Of a DNA stretch of 64,000 nt, positions 24,748 to 39,041 are shown in pieces. Every line of letters begins with the position of its first letter. The first letter of the stretch is position 1. The DNA comes from Trichosphaerium sp. ATCC 40318 (taxonomy: Eukaryota; Protista; Tubulinea): positions 49,693 to 113,692 of the forward strand of contig JALMLS010000436.1 in assembly GCA_038496445.1 (NCBI GenBank), given 5' to 3'. The position numbers were made by a program, and so were the translations under genes. The notes beneath the pieces are model-generated. The model searched no databases. It saw only the letters and a program-made list of their open reading frames with translations, and had not been told where the DNA came from.

Positions 24748-27142
24748 TCAAGGTTTGAAAGCAAAGACATCTTCAAGAACATCTAATTCTGCGTTGGCTT
24801 TAATAGCAATTCCAGTGCGAGAAGATCTACGAGTTAGAGACGAACGCTTCACCTAGTAATCATTAAGACAACACTTCAGAAAAGAAAGCGCACAACCTTC
24901 TTGGAGGTATCAGAACGCTTGCGTGTTACTTTCAAACTTGGTTTTCTTGGCATCGTTGTTTTTGCCGCCTTCTTCATTCTCTTTGCTGCGTGAGGGGCAG
25001 TTGTGCTTCTTCTCCTTTTCGCAGTTTTGGACTGAGAGGAAGATGGGACAGTGGAAAGCTTCCTGCGCTTCACAGCTGGTTTCTTTGCTCTCACGATTGT
25101 CTTCTTCTTCGCTATATTTGCTTCAGACGCACTCATATTTTCTTCGCGAGCTTTAGCTTCTGCTAACTTATCTTCTAAGCCAGAAATCTTCTCTTGTAGA
25201 ACACGTTCTTTTTTGTCATGTTCTTTAGCGAGATCATCGAGCTGCGTAGATTTTGAAATAGCCAAACGCTTGTACTTATCTGACTTTTTCTTTAGCGCTG
25301 ATACTTTCGCCCCGAGATCCGCTACTGCATCATTGGTGTCTTTAGCGCCTTCAAACTGAAAGAGGTTAGACTACATAGGTTCATTATGGACGTTACCTGT
25401 TTTTCTTCTAATACACGAATCTTATCTTCGGCTTCATCAATGAACTTTTGCTTCTCGATGAGATGGCTTTGATGTTCTTCAGACATAACACGGTCTTTGT
25501 TATCACGTCTCACCATCTATAGGTAACGATTTAGTTCAATGTAAAAAGAAGGAATTTGAACGCACCTCTTGCTCGAATTCCTTTTGTATCTGATGAAGTT
25601 TGGTGACCAAAGTTTCAATTTCAGACGCTTGGTCGTTTATAGTTTTTTTAAATTCCTCGCTACACTTTTCGCTATCGCCTTGCTTCTCTCCTGCATCATC
25701 GAGTAGTTCCTGGAATTAAATCAGATCTGACAAGACTCTTTTTTTTCGTTACCTTAATTCTATCACAATGTTCTTCGTTTACTCTCTCTAACTCAGATAT
25801 GTTATTTTTTTTTTGTTTAACAACTTCTTGAGTTTTCTCAATTGTTTCTTCGAGCTCTGTAATAGTCGTTTCCAGTTTCACTGTTTTTAAATCTGAAGCG
25901 TCCTTCTCAATCGCCTAAATCTAGTAAATTTAAACTTCACAGAGTATTTACCGCCTGTTTTTCCACGTTATTAGCTTCAATTGAAGCTTCAAGCTAAAGA
26001 CGACGAAAGAGTTAGACTTAAAACAAACGGAATTTACTCACAAGTTTGTCCTGATAAGTCTTGACGGACTCCTTCAAAGCAGAAAGCTGTTTATCATTAG
26101 CAGTCCTTTTTACGATCAATTCTTGGTGCTCTTGTTGTAAGGTTTCAAAGTCGATTTTTAGTTGGTTCGTTTCTTCTTGAGCTTCTTCTAAGCTTGCTTC
26201 AGCTTGATCTAAGACAAGGTTACTTGCGTACACGAAGCTCAAAAAAAAAAAGTTGTAGACTTACCTCGTTCGTCGTTTGCATGTTTAAGAGTAATCATAG
26301 TATCGTCGACTTTAGCGAGCAACGATGCGTTCTGGCGTTTGGCTAACAAGATAATTAACAATCGATTTGGGCGCGTAGGTCCAAAGTACCTTCGGCTTCG
26401 TTGCTGCGTAGTTGTATTATCTCCTGTTCTAGAGCACCTATACGGAGCGTCTGCCGAGTGAGATTCTCAGTATCGCTCAAAACTACAAAACGATGCTTAG
26501 AATAACCATGCGCTTAGATTAGACTTAGAAACGTACTGGTATCGTAAGCGGATTGGAAACTTGAAACAGCTTCTTGTACTCCTTTTGATATTGCTTCTTG
26601 ATGGCCTATGTAGAGCTTATAAAACGAATAACAACCAACTTACTAAGTTCATATTCTAAGTTCTTGAAACGTTTCCTCTCTGCGTCTACTGTCGCTTGAA
26701 GTGCAGCGTTTTTCTCTCGAAAGCTTTGTATTTTTAAAGCTATTGTTCGTTACGACCTGGAAGCGAGTAATGCGTACCTTGGCCTTCGGTCTCGGATTCC
26801 AAAGCTTTTAGCTTGCCAGTCTACAAAATTAAGGAAACGATCGGATGGGATAGCGTACAAGATGCAGCACTTCAGCTTTATTGTCACTTTGTGACCGCAA
26901 CAAGGATTCTAGAACATGTTAGAAGAAACTAAATAGCCTGTTGTACCGGCAGTCTTTCGCAAAGATGAAAGGGGATCGAGGTTAGTCTGCTTCGTGGTTG
27001 TTTGCTGTTTTTGTGTCGATGTCGTTTTTGTAGATTGTGCCACTCGCGGCCGTATAGCCAGTGAAGGAGTGGCTGGGAGTCTGGGCTTGGGTGGTAGTGC
27101 ACTAACATTAACAAAAGACTTTTTAAAACGAAACACTGACAT
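24748..27142 (-). CDS. Long coiled-coil protein with basic C-terminal tail (multi-exon)
   Basis: E/K/Q-rich heptad exons (EASLEEAQEETNQLKIDFETLQQEHQEL etc.), a K/R/T-rich tail, ending ..DVLEDVFAFKP*. Confidence 0.7.
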
Positions 27143-27281
27143 TGTTGAGATGGTGTAAAAGCTAAGATTTAAGTCAAAACAAAAACACGTAGTGAAAAAG
27201 CGCGTAAAAGGCACAACTTAAACTAGTATGCTGTTAAACAATTTTACTGTAATACAAGGTGTACAAGAATACAAGCACCGC

Positions 27282-28695
<1,414 letters not shown>

Positions 28696-28913
28696 GATGA
28701 GTAGAAGTTGCTGAGTTGTGTTTTCCCGCTGAACTTTAACGAATGACACTTGTAATTCTATTCAGTGAAGCGCTAAACACTTATTTACCGGCACTTAAGT
28801 GTAGGTCCACGAACTGACGTTGCGTGGCGGTAAATGGCTTTAAAATATGCACGTAATATTATCACGAACTGCTTGGGTTTCTACCAGCAAAGGTAATTGT
28901 ATAACGAGCAAAA

Positions 28914-31082
28914 ATGACCCCAAACGCACGTTGTCAGGTTAGGATACGTTTTAAGCGCATTTACAAGGCGTGTCACTGTCAACAGTCAAAGTTAACATTT
29001 ATGTAACTCTTTATTAGCTCATGAATACCACATAACTAGCTGTACGCACGAAAGCGCGTTTGTTTGGCCATACCGCAACTGGAGTGTAAAACATCAGCGT
29101 TTGTACTTAGATGAGCACGTTGCGCCTGAATTACGCGTTCACATGCAATCAGATTGGTATTCTCAAAGTAGACGACGATTAAGGGTTTCAGGAGTGTCAC
29201 ACTTGGTGCCACGGTACATAACTTCGCCTCGCGCCTTGTTTACGCAAATACACATAAATGACAGTTGATCTTTTGGTTTATTTCCTCAACAGATACAAAT
29301 ACTCACTGCCAAAGCTTCTCCGACGCGTATATCCAGAGTTTTCATGGGACGAATCAATGTTTCGGTACGTTGTGACAAACTCATGCCAAACTCAACTAAA
29401 AAGCCTAAAGCAAAGTGCTACCCCGAGGCTATTGGCTTGTAAAGGAGAATAGGCAATCAAGGATGGAATTTATAGCTGAGAATAACAACGTCAAGATAAT
29501 GAGTGATTGGTATAAAATAAAAGCTGAAAAACTTGTTGATGATGATTCTCGAGGATTACTCCAACGGTACAGCGTTTATTTTACCTCAGTTATAGCTCAA
29601 TATAACAACAAGGTATGGATACTCCCTTATAGGTATTCTTCAGGACGTATACCCGATGTACAAATGGGAATTTTGGCGGTTTTCGTACGACTTTTTTTCT
29701 GAGATTATTTTTTTGTGATATTCATTAGATGGTAGGAGTGTATCTCATGGGTTTTGGGATAATCCAGAGAATACAAAGAAAGTGCTAAAAGCAGTTGCTG
29801 ATACGTTGGGTATTGTAAATATGAATGAATGGTACAACGTGTCAAAACAAGAATTTGTAGACAACGGAGGTAGTGCTATAGTTCAAAGGTATTCTGTAAA
29901 AAGTGTGTTGGTGTCATTACTAAAGAAATCAATAGGTTCAATGGTTCATTAATTACTTTACTAAAGCATACCATTCCTGAATTTAACTGGGTCTCTAGAA
30001 AATTCAAGTATGCTAAACTCCATTTTAAAAAGAAAAACGTTTATTGATATTCTTTTGCAGGCACGTGCCTTCCGGCTACTGGCAGGAAAAATCGAACGTA
30101 ATAGATCTAATGAATGGTAAGTGCATCTATTTCATACAAAAGCCTTTTGTATCCTAAACAACGTGCGCAGATATTGAAGTTGGCCTGAAAGTAAAATGCG
30201 CAGCAGATTGGTACCGTGTATCTCGTACTCAAATGCATACACTTGGAGGAGCTACTGTAGTTCGCTTTCAATATCCTGAGTGTTTATTCGAAAGATATCC
30301 ATACTATTCTTGGTCTACATCGCTTCTAGCAAGAACTGATAAGCGAGCAAACCAAAGGTATTTGACAAAGACTTTCAAAACTTTCTTTCTTTATTCTTGA
30401 TTTTTTTTGTTGACTTAGTATTCTCAGGATGGTGTTTCTATCTGTACAAGAATGTATTCCACGAGAAAAGGTAATATTCTTTTCTAACTTATCGATTTTG
30501 AACGGCTTTCAAAGGTTGTGGAAGAGTTCAATCTACGAAATGTGATTGGTATTGAAGCGCCTGCTGCAAAGTTTACAGTAGATATTTATGTTCCCAAATA
30601 TAAACTAGGATTCGAGTATCAAGGTACTGTAGTATAGGAAACGATAATTGTCTTCAAGTGAAGAAGGAAGCAAATTTAGAGAATTCAGGTTTTTTTGTAC
30701 TCTTTTGGACTTACGCTAACTGCTGATTACATAGGAGAGCACCACTATGCTGATAATAGTAAATTTGGTCCAACACGTGCTCAAAAAGACCGTGATAGTG
30801 AGAAAAAAAGATTATGTGCAGCCCAAGGCATGTTTTCTTGTTATTTTTTTTACTACCCCAAGTTTTGATTCCCTTACGTTTTTTAAAAGGTGTTACGATT
30901 ATTGACATACCGTATTGGTGGGATTCTACGACTGAGAGTATTGCTGGAACTATTGCCCATGAGAGGTGAGTCATTTTCGAAAGTTAAACGAGACTGTGTT
31001 ATTGTATCTAAACCATTGAAGGCCTGACATTCCACTATCCAAAGAGTTCATTGGTTTCCCACCAATTCCTACCAAAAAATAG
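28914..31082 (+). CDS. ~70-aa W/Y repeat protein with C-terminal PD-(D/E)XK/Vsr-like endonuclease-fold domain (copy 1)
   Basis: About 4 repeats (P.GYW...EN....L.I....DWY.V......GG..L.RY..SL...L..VYP...W...F), then VDIYVPKYKLGFEYQGEHHY...DRD.EKK.LC...GVTIIDIPYWWD..RPD. Start tentative. Confidence 0.8.
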
Positions 31083-31625
31083 CACGATAGTACTTTCGTA
31101 GCAACAAAGTAAATGGAAACATCAATGTCGTATACAACACACACTAGAGAGAATGATCATACTTAGGCTTGGCCGATGTGAAAGGTTCTAATATGCATTG
31201 GTTAATTATATCTAAACGAATCAGTTAGGTGTGCCCGTCTTTTTTGAATTCTGTCTTGTGCGTTACTTAACGTAGTGCTACACAGTGTTATTCTACGATC
31301 TTGATAACCTTGCCCTGGGAGACTATGTTGGTAGAGACTTATACTCGAAAACACTAGCAAAATATAGGCCTGATTCTGCAGTCAAGTTTTAGTATTTCCC
31401 ATTTTGGTGCACAATCAATAACCAAACTCAAAAGGATTCTTTAGAATGCAGTATTGTACACTAAAACACACCTCAAAGTAAACAATTGTACACTAGAAAT
31501 AGCATTTATAAGTTCCTTTTTGATTGCTTGCTTACTATCTTTTTTTGCCCGTAAACTCCTGTTCCTGAAAATATGTGATTCAAATATGTTTCTTTTTTTT
31601 TTTCTGTCTTTATGAACAGAGCAAC

Positions 31626-33542
31626 ATGCGTATTTACTTTTTATGCTTAACTCTCTTGCTTTGTTGCATTACAATACGTAGTATCTATGGTAAGCCGTCC
31701 GGAGTTCAATGGTCACTTGACGTGTAAACCGATTTCTAACTAGCGCAGGTTTTCCAAGAGGCTCTTCAGCTCACTTTGGTGGTGACGGTGACGACTATGA
31801 TACAGGATGCGGCGCTATACGTGTTTTTGGTACCGATTTTAGAGATTATCCAGTGCTGTCAATAGGGGCTTGGATAAACTTCAACAGGCAAGTGTAGGCG
31901 ACTATGCTTGTTTTTTGTTCATTTTAGGCCGTTTTTTTTTATTTTATCACGTGACTTATCCAGTAAAAAGATCTTGTGTTGGTTCAGATTGCCAATTGTT
32001 CGCTATTTTATCTACAAAACCAAACGGTCTGGGCGCTCAATACGGTGCTATTTATGGCATAGGCCATATAGTACCTACCCTGTCATCACTCCAGTTATTT
32101 ATTGAAACAGTCACAGTAGCAGGCCAAGATAATGAGTTTGAACAATATTTTACAGACACGAACGCTATTAAGGAAAGCGAATGGGTACGTTTGCAGAAAA
32201 ACTTTCCGCAACACTAAACAATTGTAGATGTATGTATATTTTGAGAGACATCAGGCTTCTGGGATGGTGAACATAGTAGTATTGAGTAATGACACTTCGC
32301 TGCGAGGTAATTATTCAGGATCTGTAGGAGTACCAATAGAAAAGTCTGAATTGGTGCGTTCGCCCTAAAATAACTTCCAGTAGAAGAGGAGGTTTAATAA
32401 ATTTAGGGATATTTTACAATAGGTGGTGTTTCACAAAGATTTAACAAAACGACGTGCAAGTTTGGGTTCAGTGTACTTAAGTTACACATAAAACAGTAAA
32501 TTAATTTCCTTTAAGGGTGAAATAGATGACTTGGTGATATGGAGCACGTGCGTTAGTATGACTAATCTTTGTCTTACTTTCTTTTCGAACAGAGCTTTAT
32601 CAGTAGATGAGATTCAACAGATTGCAAGAGACTCGTTATCCACGCGAAATACCTCAAAACTATACCACTTTGATTTTGAAGATGAATTCAATCCACGGTA
32701 TCCTGTCGGTCAAGCAAATATATCGTTTATAGGACAAATACAACCACAAGTTTTAGTTGGGTAATCTCTGATCTTAGAATGAAGTTCTTCTTACTTGCAC
32801 AGGTCAACTTTTCCCTATCTACCTGGACACAACACATCAATGACCGATGCGCCTTCAATAGAGCCCACTTCTGTTCAAAGTGGACAGCCTTCAAATCACT
32901 TGTTTGTTGAATCTCTTCCAGAAGATCCTGAGATCTTTTCAAGCATTACTCTAGTAGGAAACTATATTCTGAAGCAGAATCATACAATAAGTTTTCATCC
33001 TGGTGGTGTACTTAACGTTACGGGTACCTTGGATCACTCAACGAACGTTTCTGTTAAAAACTGTTTGCAGGTTGCTTCAAACCTGCTGGGAATCTTGTAT
33101 TACATGGTACGCGAACGATGGCGTTTGAAGAAGTTGTCTTGGTTCATTATAATTGCTATGATCCTGCGGATGGTGGCTTCTCTGATGTAGATGTTAGTCA
33201 AGGTGACCAGTGCAAGACAGTTGAAAACAATCAGGTGTATAAGCCTTCAAAGTTCTCTGTTGTATTGAGAATACGTTCGAAATGTTTGCATTGGTGGGGA
33301 TATATGCTTATAGCCTTGACAGTAACAGTTATAGCTGTAGCAATCGCCATAGGGATCTTGGTAGTATTTGTCCCTGTAAGTTCTTTTCTTTTCTTTTTTG
33401 AGTAGAATGTGATACTGATTATATTGCATAGCGCTTTCGAGCTTTGTTCTTCCCATTTGAGTTTCATCTCAAATCCAGTAATGATGGCAACACAAGCACA
33501 CCAGCAACTAAAGCTAAGGGATCTATTGAGGATGTAAATTAA
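31626..33542 (+). CDS. Single-pass surface protein A: signal peptide, LamG/concanavalin-like domain, P/T/S stalk, Cys-containing beta domain, TM
   Basis: MRIYFLCLTLLLCC.., SIGAWINF, EW.YV, FTIGG, F.GEIDDLVIW.RALS.DEI (LamG/pentraxin-like hallmark), TM WWGYMLIALTVTVIAVAIAIGILVVFVP, tail RFRALFFPF. Confidence 0.8.
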
Positions 33543-34028
33543 CACTGTGTTTATTTGATATTTTCATCCAAGTTTGTGGCTTTGCTGTTTTTAGGTCTAC
33601 AAAATAGCGTTCATCAAGGATAAAAGCTTAGTAATGTCGTCTTTGAATCAAAAAAAGTATTTGTCACGTGATTGAGCTGCAAGGGTTTAGACGCCAAAAA
33701 AAAAGGCTCGCATGCGTTAAAACGTTGTGCGTGTACTTTTAAAAGCTGTGTAAATTAATACTAGCAGTTCCCTCCTTTTGTTGGACAGGACGAATCTCAC
33801 GCTCGTGCATAATTCGAAACCTGGTTTTTTTTGCGACTTTTTTCAAATATTCTGAAAAAATACTTAGAGGCAAGGCTCAACCTGTTCATCTTCACACCAA
33901 GAATTTTTCTTTGTTGTTCACAAACCAAATACTACCAATTGTTAAGCCAACTCCAATTCTATTCACTTCAAACGCTGTCATCATAGCAACCACTAAAAGA
34001 TACTACAGCGTACTATCCAGAGTATTAA

Positions 34029-35863
34029 ATGTATAACAGAGAGGTGTTTTTGAAGTATTTATGCGTGGTCACGTTTTTTACGGCAACAGTATGCACCGGT
34101 GGTATGTTTCGTAGTTAATTAATTCGAAAATATATTTTTTACGACATAACCCCACTTTCTTTTAAGAAGGCAATCCACTCGATATGGCAGCACACTTTTC
34201 AGGTGATGGTTTTGATGAGGGTGGTGGTATTCTTCTTGATGGCGAAGATTTCAGTAACTACTCTATCATTTCAGTTGGCGCCTGGATAAACTTTGACAAG
34301 TTCGTTGCTTTTAATACGCTTTTCTATTCTAATGTGAATAGAGACTGTGCTTCCGAGCCTTGCCTACTACATACTATATTTTCGACAATATCATTTAACC
34401 GTGGTGACACTGGTGGTTTCTGTAGCGTTGGTAGTTTAAAGCCTATATATTCCAAACGGCAACTCGCGTTTGAGAATTACAATGGCGATTGGGACGAATA
34501 TCCAAAAAACGAGGCATTTAATTCCTCCATCCACCCACAAGTGCCTGCAAATGAATGGGTATGTAAGATTGTAATGGATATGTTCTGATATTTACCGCAG
34601 ATTTATGTTTATTATTCACGTGATATATCCAAAAATAAGATTTCACTAAAGACAATATCAAACAACACAGTAGTCAAAAGCGTAAACGCATCACCAACAC
34701 TCTCTTACTCAGACAATGTACAATCCTTTAAATAGTAGTAATGAGTCTAATAACAGCAAGGGATATTTTGTGATTGGTTGTCTACGTGAGGGAAGTGCAG
34801 CTCGATTGGGGTTCTCTGTAAGCTATTTGCTTTAAATCTATATATCTTATTGAACCACTGTTGTAGGGTGACATTGACAACTTGAGTATTTGGAACAAGT
34901 ACTAACAACAACCTTTTCACTATTTTTTAATTGTTTCAAAAAGGGAGCTATCAGATGACGAGCTTCTTGAATTGGCATACTCTCCCAATACAACGAATCC
35001 TGATTTACTTTACTTTTTTAACTTTGACAACGGACATGGGCCAGTTATTTCAAGGAGAAATGTGAGTGTGTCTTTTCTCGGCCGAGTAGAAGTTGAAATA
35101 CGAAATTCGTACGAAAGTTCTTTTTATGTGATCCTTATACATTTAGTTCTCTTCAAATAGAAGCACCAACTGCAACCACTACTCCTCCTATTGGTATGAG
35201 TCCTGCTAGTATACCAACAAAACCACCAACACAGGCACCAATGAGCGGGCCAACAAGCTTCGAGTTGCCACTAACTATAGAGATAATCGGAATGACAGTG
35301 TTCAACGGAAATTATATACTCACACCAAACCATAAGGTCACTTTTCGTGAAGGAGGACATGTCAACATTACAGGTATTGAACCGTCATACTCATACTTTC
35401 TCACATGTTTTAAATCAAGGTTGCTTTACTCCTTCTGGAACACTTATTGTCCATACAGATGAGAAACAAGACACAGAACGAACTTTGTTTGAATACAGTT
35501 GTATTAATTCAACAAATGGATTCTCAAATATACTTGTTGTTCATAGTGACAGTTGTAAAAAAGTAGAATCTTCAACCAAACAGACATCTTCAAAGTTCTC
35601 AGTTGCTATGAACATCAATAACACGTGTTCAGATTGGTGGAAGTACTTGGTCATTAGTATAGCAATATTACTTGTACTATTGATCGTTGTTGCAATGATT
35701 ATCGCATACTATGTACCAGTACGTTTAGATTACAACAAAAGAGTTACTGTTGCAAATACTTATGTTTTATTTTAAACAGTCACTCAGAGCAAGAATATTT
35801 CCTTTTGAGAAGAGACCAATGAATACAGCAACAAGAATTCATGTAGAAATGGAAACAAGATGA
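34029..35863 (+). CDS. Single-pass LamG-like surface protein B (tandem paralogue)
   Basis: SVGAWINFD, PANEW.YV, GDIDNLSIWN.ELSDDEL, PTKPPTQAP stalk, TM WWKYLVISIAILLVLLIVVAMIIAYYVP, tail SLRARIFPF..METR*. Confidence 0.82.
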
Positions 35864-36435
35864 TAGAACTCATGTACATTGACTAAATGAAGGTGTTTTA
35901 TTGATGTCCAGTTCCCATTTGAGTTTCATCTCAAATCCAGCAATGACATCAACACGAATACCAGAACTAAGGCTAAGGGATCTATTGAGGATGTAAATTG
36001 TAGCGCTTAGCCTGCTAATTTGATTGAAAAAAAAACCCAAAAAAACGAAATTGTCACGTGATCGTCCTACAAGTTTTAGCCGCCAAAGAAAAAAGGCTTG
36101 TATGCGTTAAACGTTGTGCGTGTACTTTTACAACTTTTTCGCACCAAACGCTGAGTAAATTAATACCGACAGTCATACTTTGTGCTAATGATGGCAGTAC
36201 CAACTCTCGCACTACTTCTGAACAATCTAAGGCCGGTAATTTTTTCGTTCAATTGTTGGAAAAAAATGTGTCATAGGTATTAATCAACCTGTTCATTGGC
36301 TCATCGCCAAGACATCTTTGTTTTTGTTGTTCACAAAACAAATACTAATTTTGTTAGTTAAGGTAACTCTAGTTCTCTTCACTTCAAACACTGTCATCAT
36401 AACAAGCACTAAACGATACCAACCCAGAGTATTAA

Positions 36436-38292
36436 ATGTATAACAGAGAGGTGTTTTTGAAGTATTTATGCGTGGTCACGTTTTTTACGGCAACAGTATG
36501 CGCTGGTGGTATGTTTCGTAGTTAATTAATTCGAAAATATTGTTACGACATAACCCACTTTCTTTTAAGAAGGCAATCCACTCGATATGGCAGCACACTT
36601 TTCAGGTAGAGGCGATGAAGATGGAATGGAAAATGGTGGTATTCTTATTGATGGCGAAGATTTCAGTAACAACTCTATAATTTCAGTTGGCGCCTGGATA
36701 AACTTTGACAAGTTCGGTGCTTTTATATTTAATACTCTTTTCTATTCTAATAAGAATAGGGACTGTGTTTCTGAGGATTGCAGGCTACATACTATATTTT
36801 CAACAATATCATTTAATCGTGGTGACACTGGTGGTTTCTGTAGCGTTGGTAGTTTCTTTCCCCAATTTTCCAACCGGCAACTCGCGTTTGAGAATTACAA
36901 CAATGGCAATTGGGACGAATATCCAAAAAACGAGGCATTTAATTCCTCCATCCACCCGCAAGTGCCTGCAAACGAGTGGGTAAGTAAGATTGTGAAGGAT
37001 ATTATTCTGACCAATACACAGATTTATGTTTATTGTTCACGTGATATTGACAAAAATAAAATTTCACTAAAGACAATATCAAACAACACAGTAGTCAAAA
37101 GCGTAAACGCATCACCAGCCCTCTCTTACTCAGACAATGTACAATCCTTTAAATACGAAGTAATAATGAGTATAATAACAACAAAAAGGGATATTTTGTG
37201 ATTGGTTGCCTAGGTAATGGTAGTGCAGCTCAATTTGGGTTCTCTGTAAGCTATATGTTTTTAATCTCTATATCTTATTGAACCACTGTTGTAGGGTGAC
37301 ATTGACAACTTGAGTATTTGGAACAAGTACTAACAACAACCTTTTCACTATTTTTTAATTGTTTTAAAAAGGGAGCTATCAGATGACGAGCTTCTTGAAT
37401 TGGCATACTCTCCCAATACAACGAATCCTGATTTACTTTACTTTTTTAACTTTGACAACGGACATGGGCCAGTTATTTCAAGGAATAATGTGAGTGTGTC
37501 TTTTCTCGGCCAAGAAGTTGAAATACGAAATTCGTACGAAAGTTCTTTTTATGTGATCCTTATACATTTAGTTCTCTTCAAATAGAAGCACCAACTGCAC
37601 CGCCAACTCCTCCTATTGGTATGAGTCCTGCTAGTGTACCAACACAGGCGCCAACACAGGCACCAACGAGTGGGCCTACAAGCTTCGAGTTGCCACTAAC
37701 TATTGATATAATTGGAATGATAGTATTCAACGGAAATTACATACTCACACCAAACCATAAGGTTACTTTTCGTGAAGGAGGACATGTCAACATTACAGGT
37801 ATTGAAACACCATACTCATACTTTCTGACATGTTTTAAATCAAGGTTGCTTTACTCCTTCTGGAACACTTGTTGTCCATACGGATGAGGAACAAGATACA
37901 GAACGCACTTTATTTGAATACAGTTGTATTAATTCAACAGATGGATTCTCAGATATACTTGTTGTTCATAGTGATAGTTGTAAAAAAGTAGAATCTTCAA
38001 CCAAACAGACATCTTCAAAGTTCTCAGTTGCTATGAACATCAATAACACGTGTTCAGATTGGTGGAAGTACTTGGTCATAAGCATAGCAATATTACTTGT
38101 ACTATTGATCGTTGTTGCAATGATAATCGCATACTATGTACCAGTACGTTTAGATAGAAAAAAAAAAAATTGTCACCTTCGTAAACACTTATGTTTTATT
38201 TTAAACAGTCACTCAGAGCAAGAATATTTCCTTTTGAGAAGAGACCAATGAATACAGGAACAACAACTCATGTAGCAATGGAAACAAGATAA
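36436..38292 (+). CDS. Single-pass LamG-like surface protein C (recent duplicate of B)
   Basis: Near-identical to B in exons, introns and upstream DNA. Differences cluster in the N-terminal ectodomain. Confidence 0.82.
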
Positions 38293-39041
38293 GTACATTA
38301 GAACTCATGTACATTGGCTAAAATGAAGCGTGTTTTAACAATGTCCATCTTGCTCACTGTTGCCTTTTGTATGTCTGTATTAGTTAGCTTACTGACTAAA
38401 CATACTCCTCCCAGATACGTACCTCTTTCGTACGTGAGGTCCCATGCAGACCCTAAATAAGTGTTCGTCTGTAAATTGTCTGATTACGCCAGCAGCTGCT
38501 GAACTTACTGCTATTTATTACAACAGTATACCTAACTTAGAGTTACGTCAATCAGCACATCAACCGGTTCATCAGCTACACTACATTGTCTGCAAGAGCA
38601 GCTCGATGAGTGTTAGGATACTTAACGTACCACTAAAGTGATCTTTTTTACGTTGAATGTTCAGAATAGTGTCTAACATTACCATTCAGTGATGAGACTT
38701 CCATACACTGAATAAAAGACCGTATGTTGTAATACGTTAGGACTCTGTAACAGAACTTGTCGCCGAATTTCGCCAAACTTTCAAAAAAAACCCGCACGTG
38801 ATAACCCTTGCATTTGTGGTAGCGCATTTGTTTACCAGTACTTGGCTTCAGTTATTGGTAAGAACCAGGTTTCAGAGTCACACATTTGCGGTTTTAGATG
38901 ACTCACACTATTTCAAGTAAGCTGCCAATAACAACCACACTAGGTTCTCTTCTGATAACGTAAAACCATATAAAAGCACAAAAAGCCTTTATACATAGAA
39001 TGGAGGCCTCTTTACATCCCGAAAAAAATAGCCAAATAACA

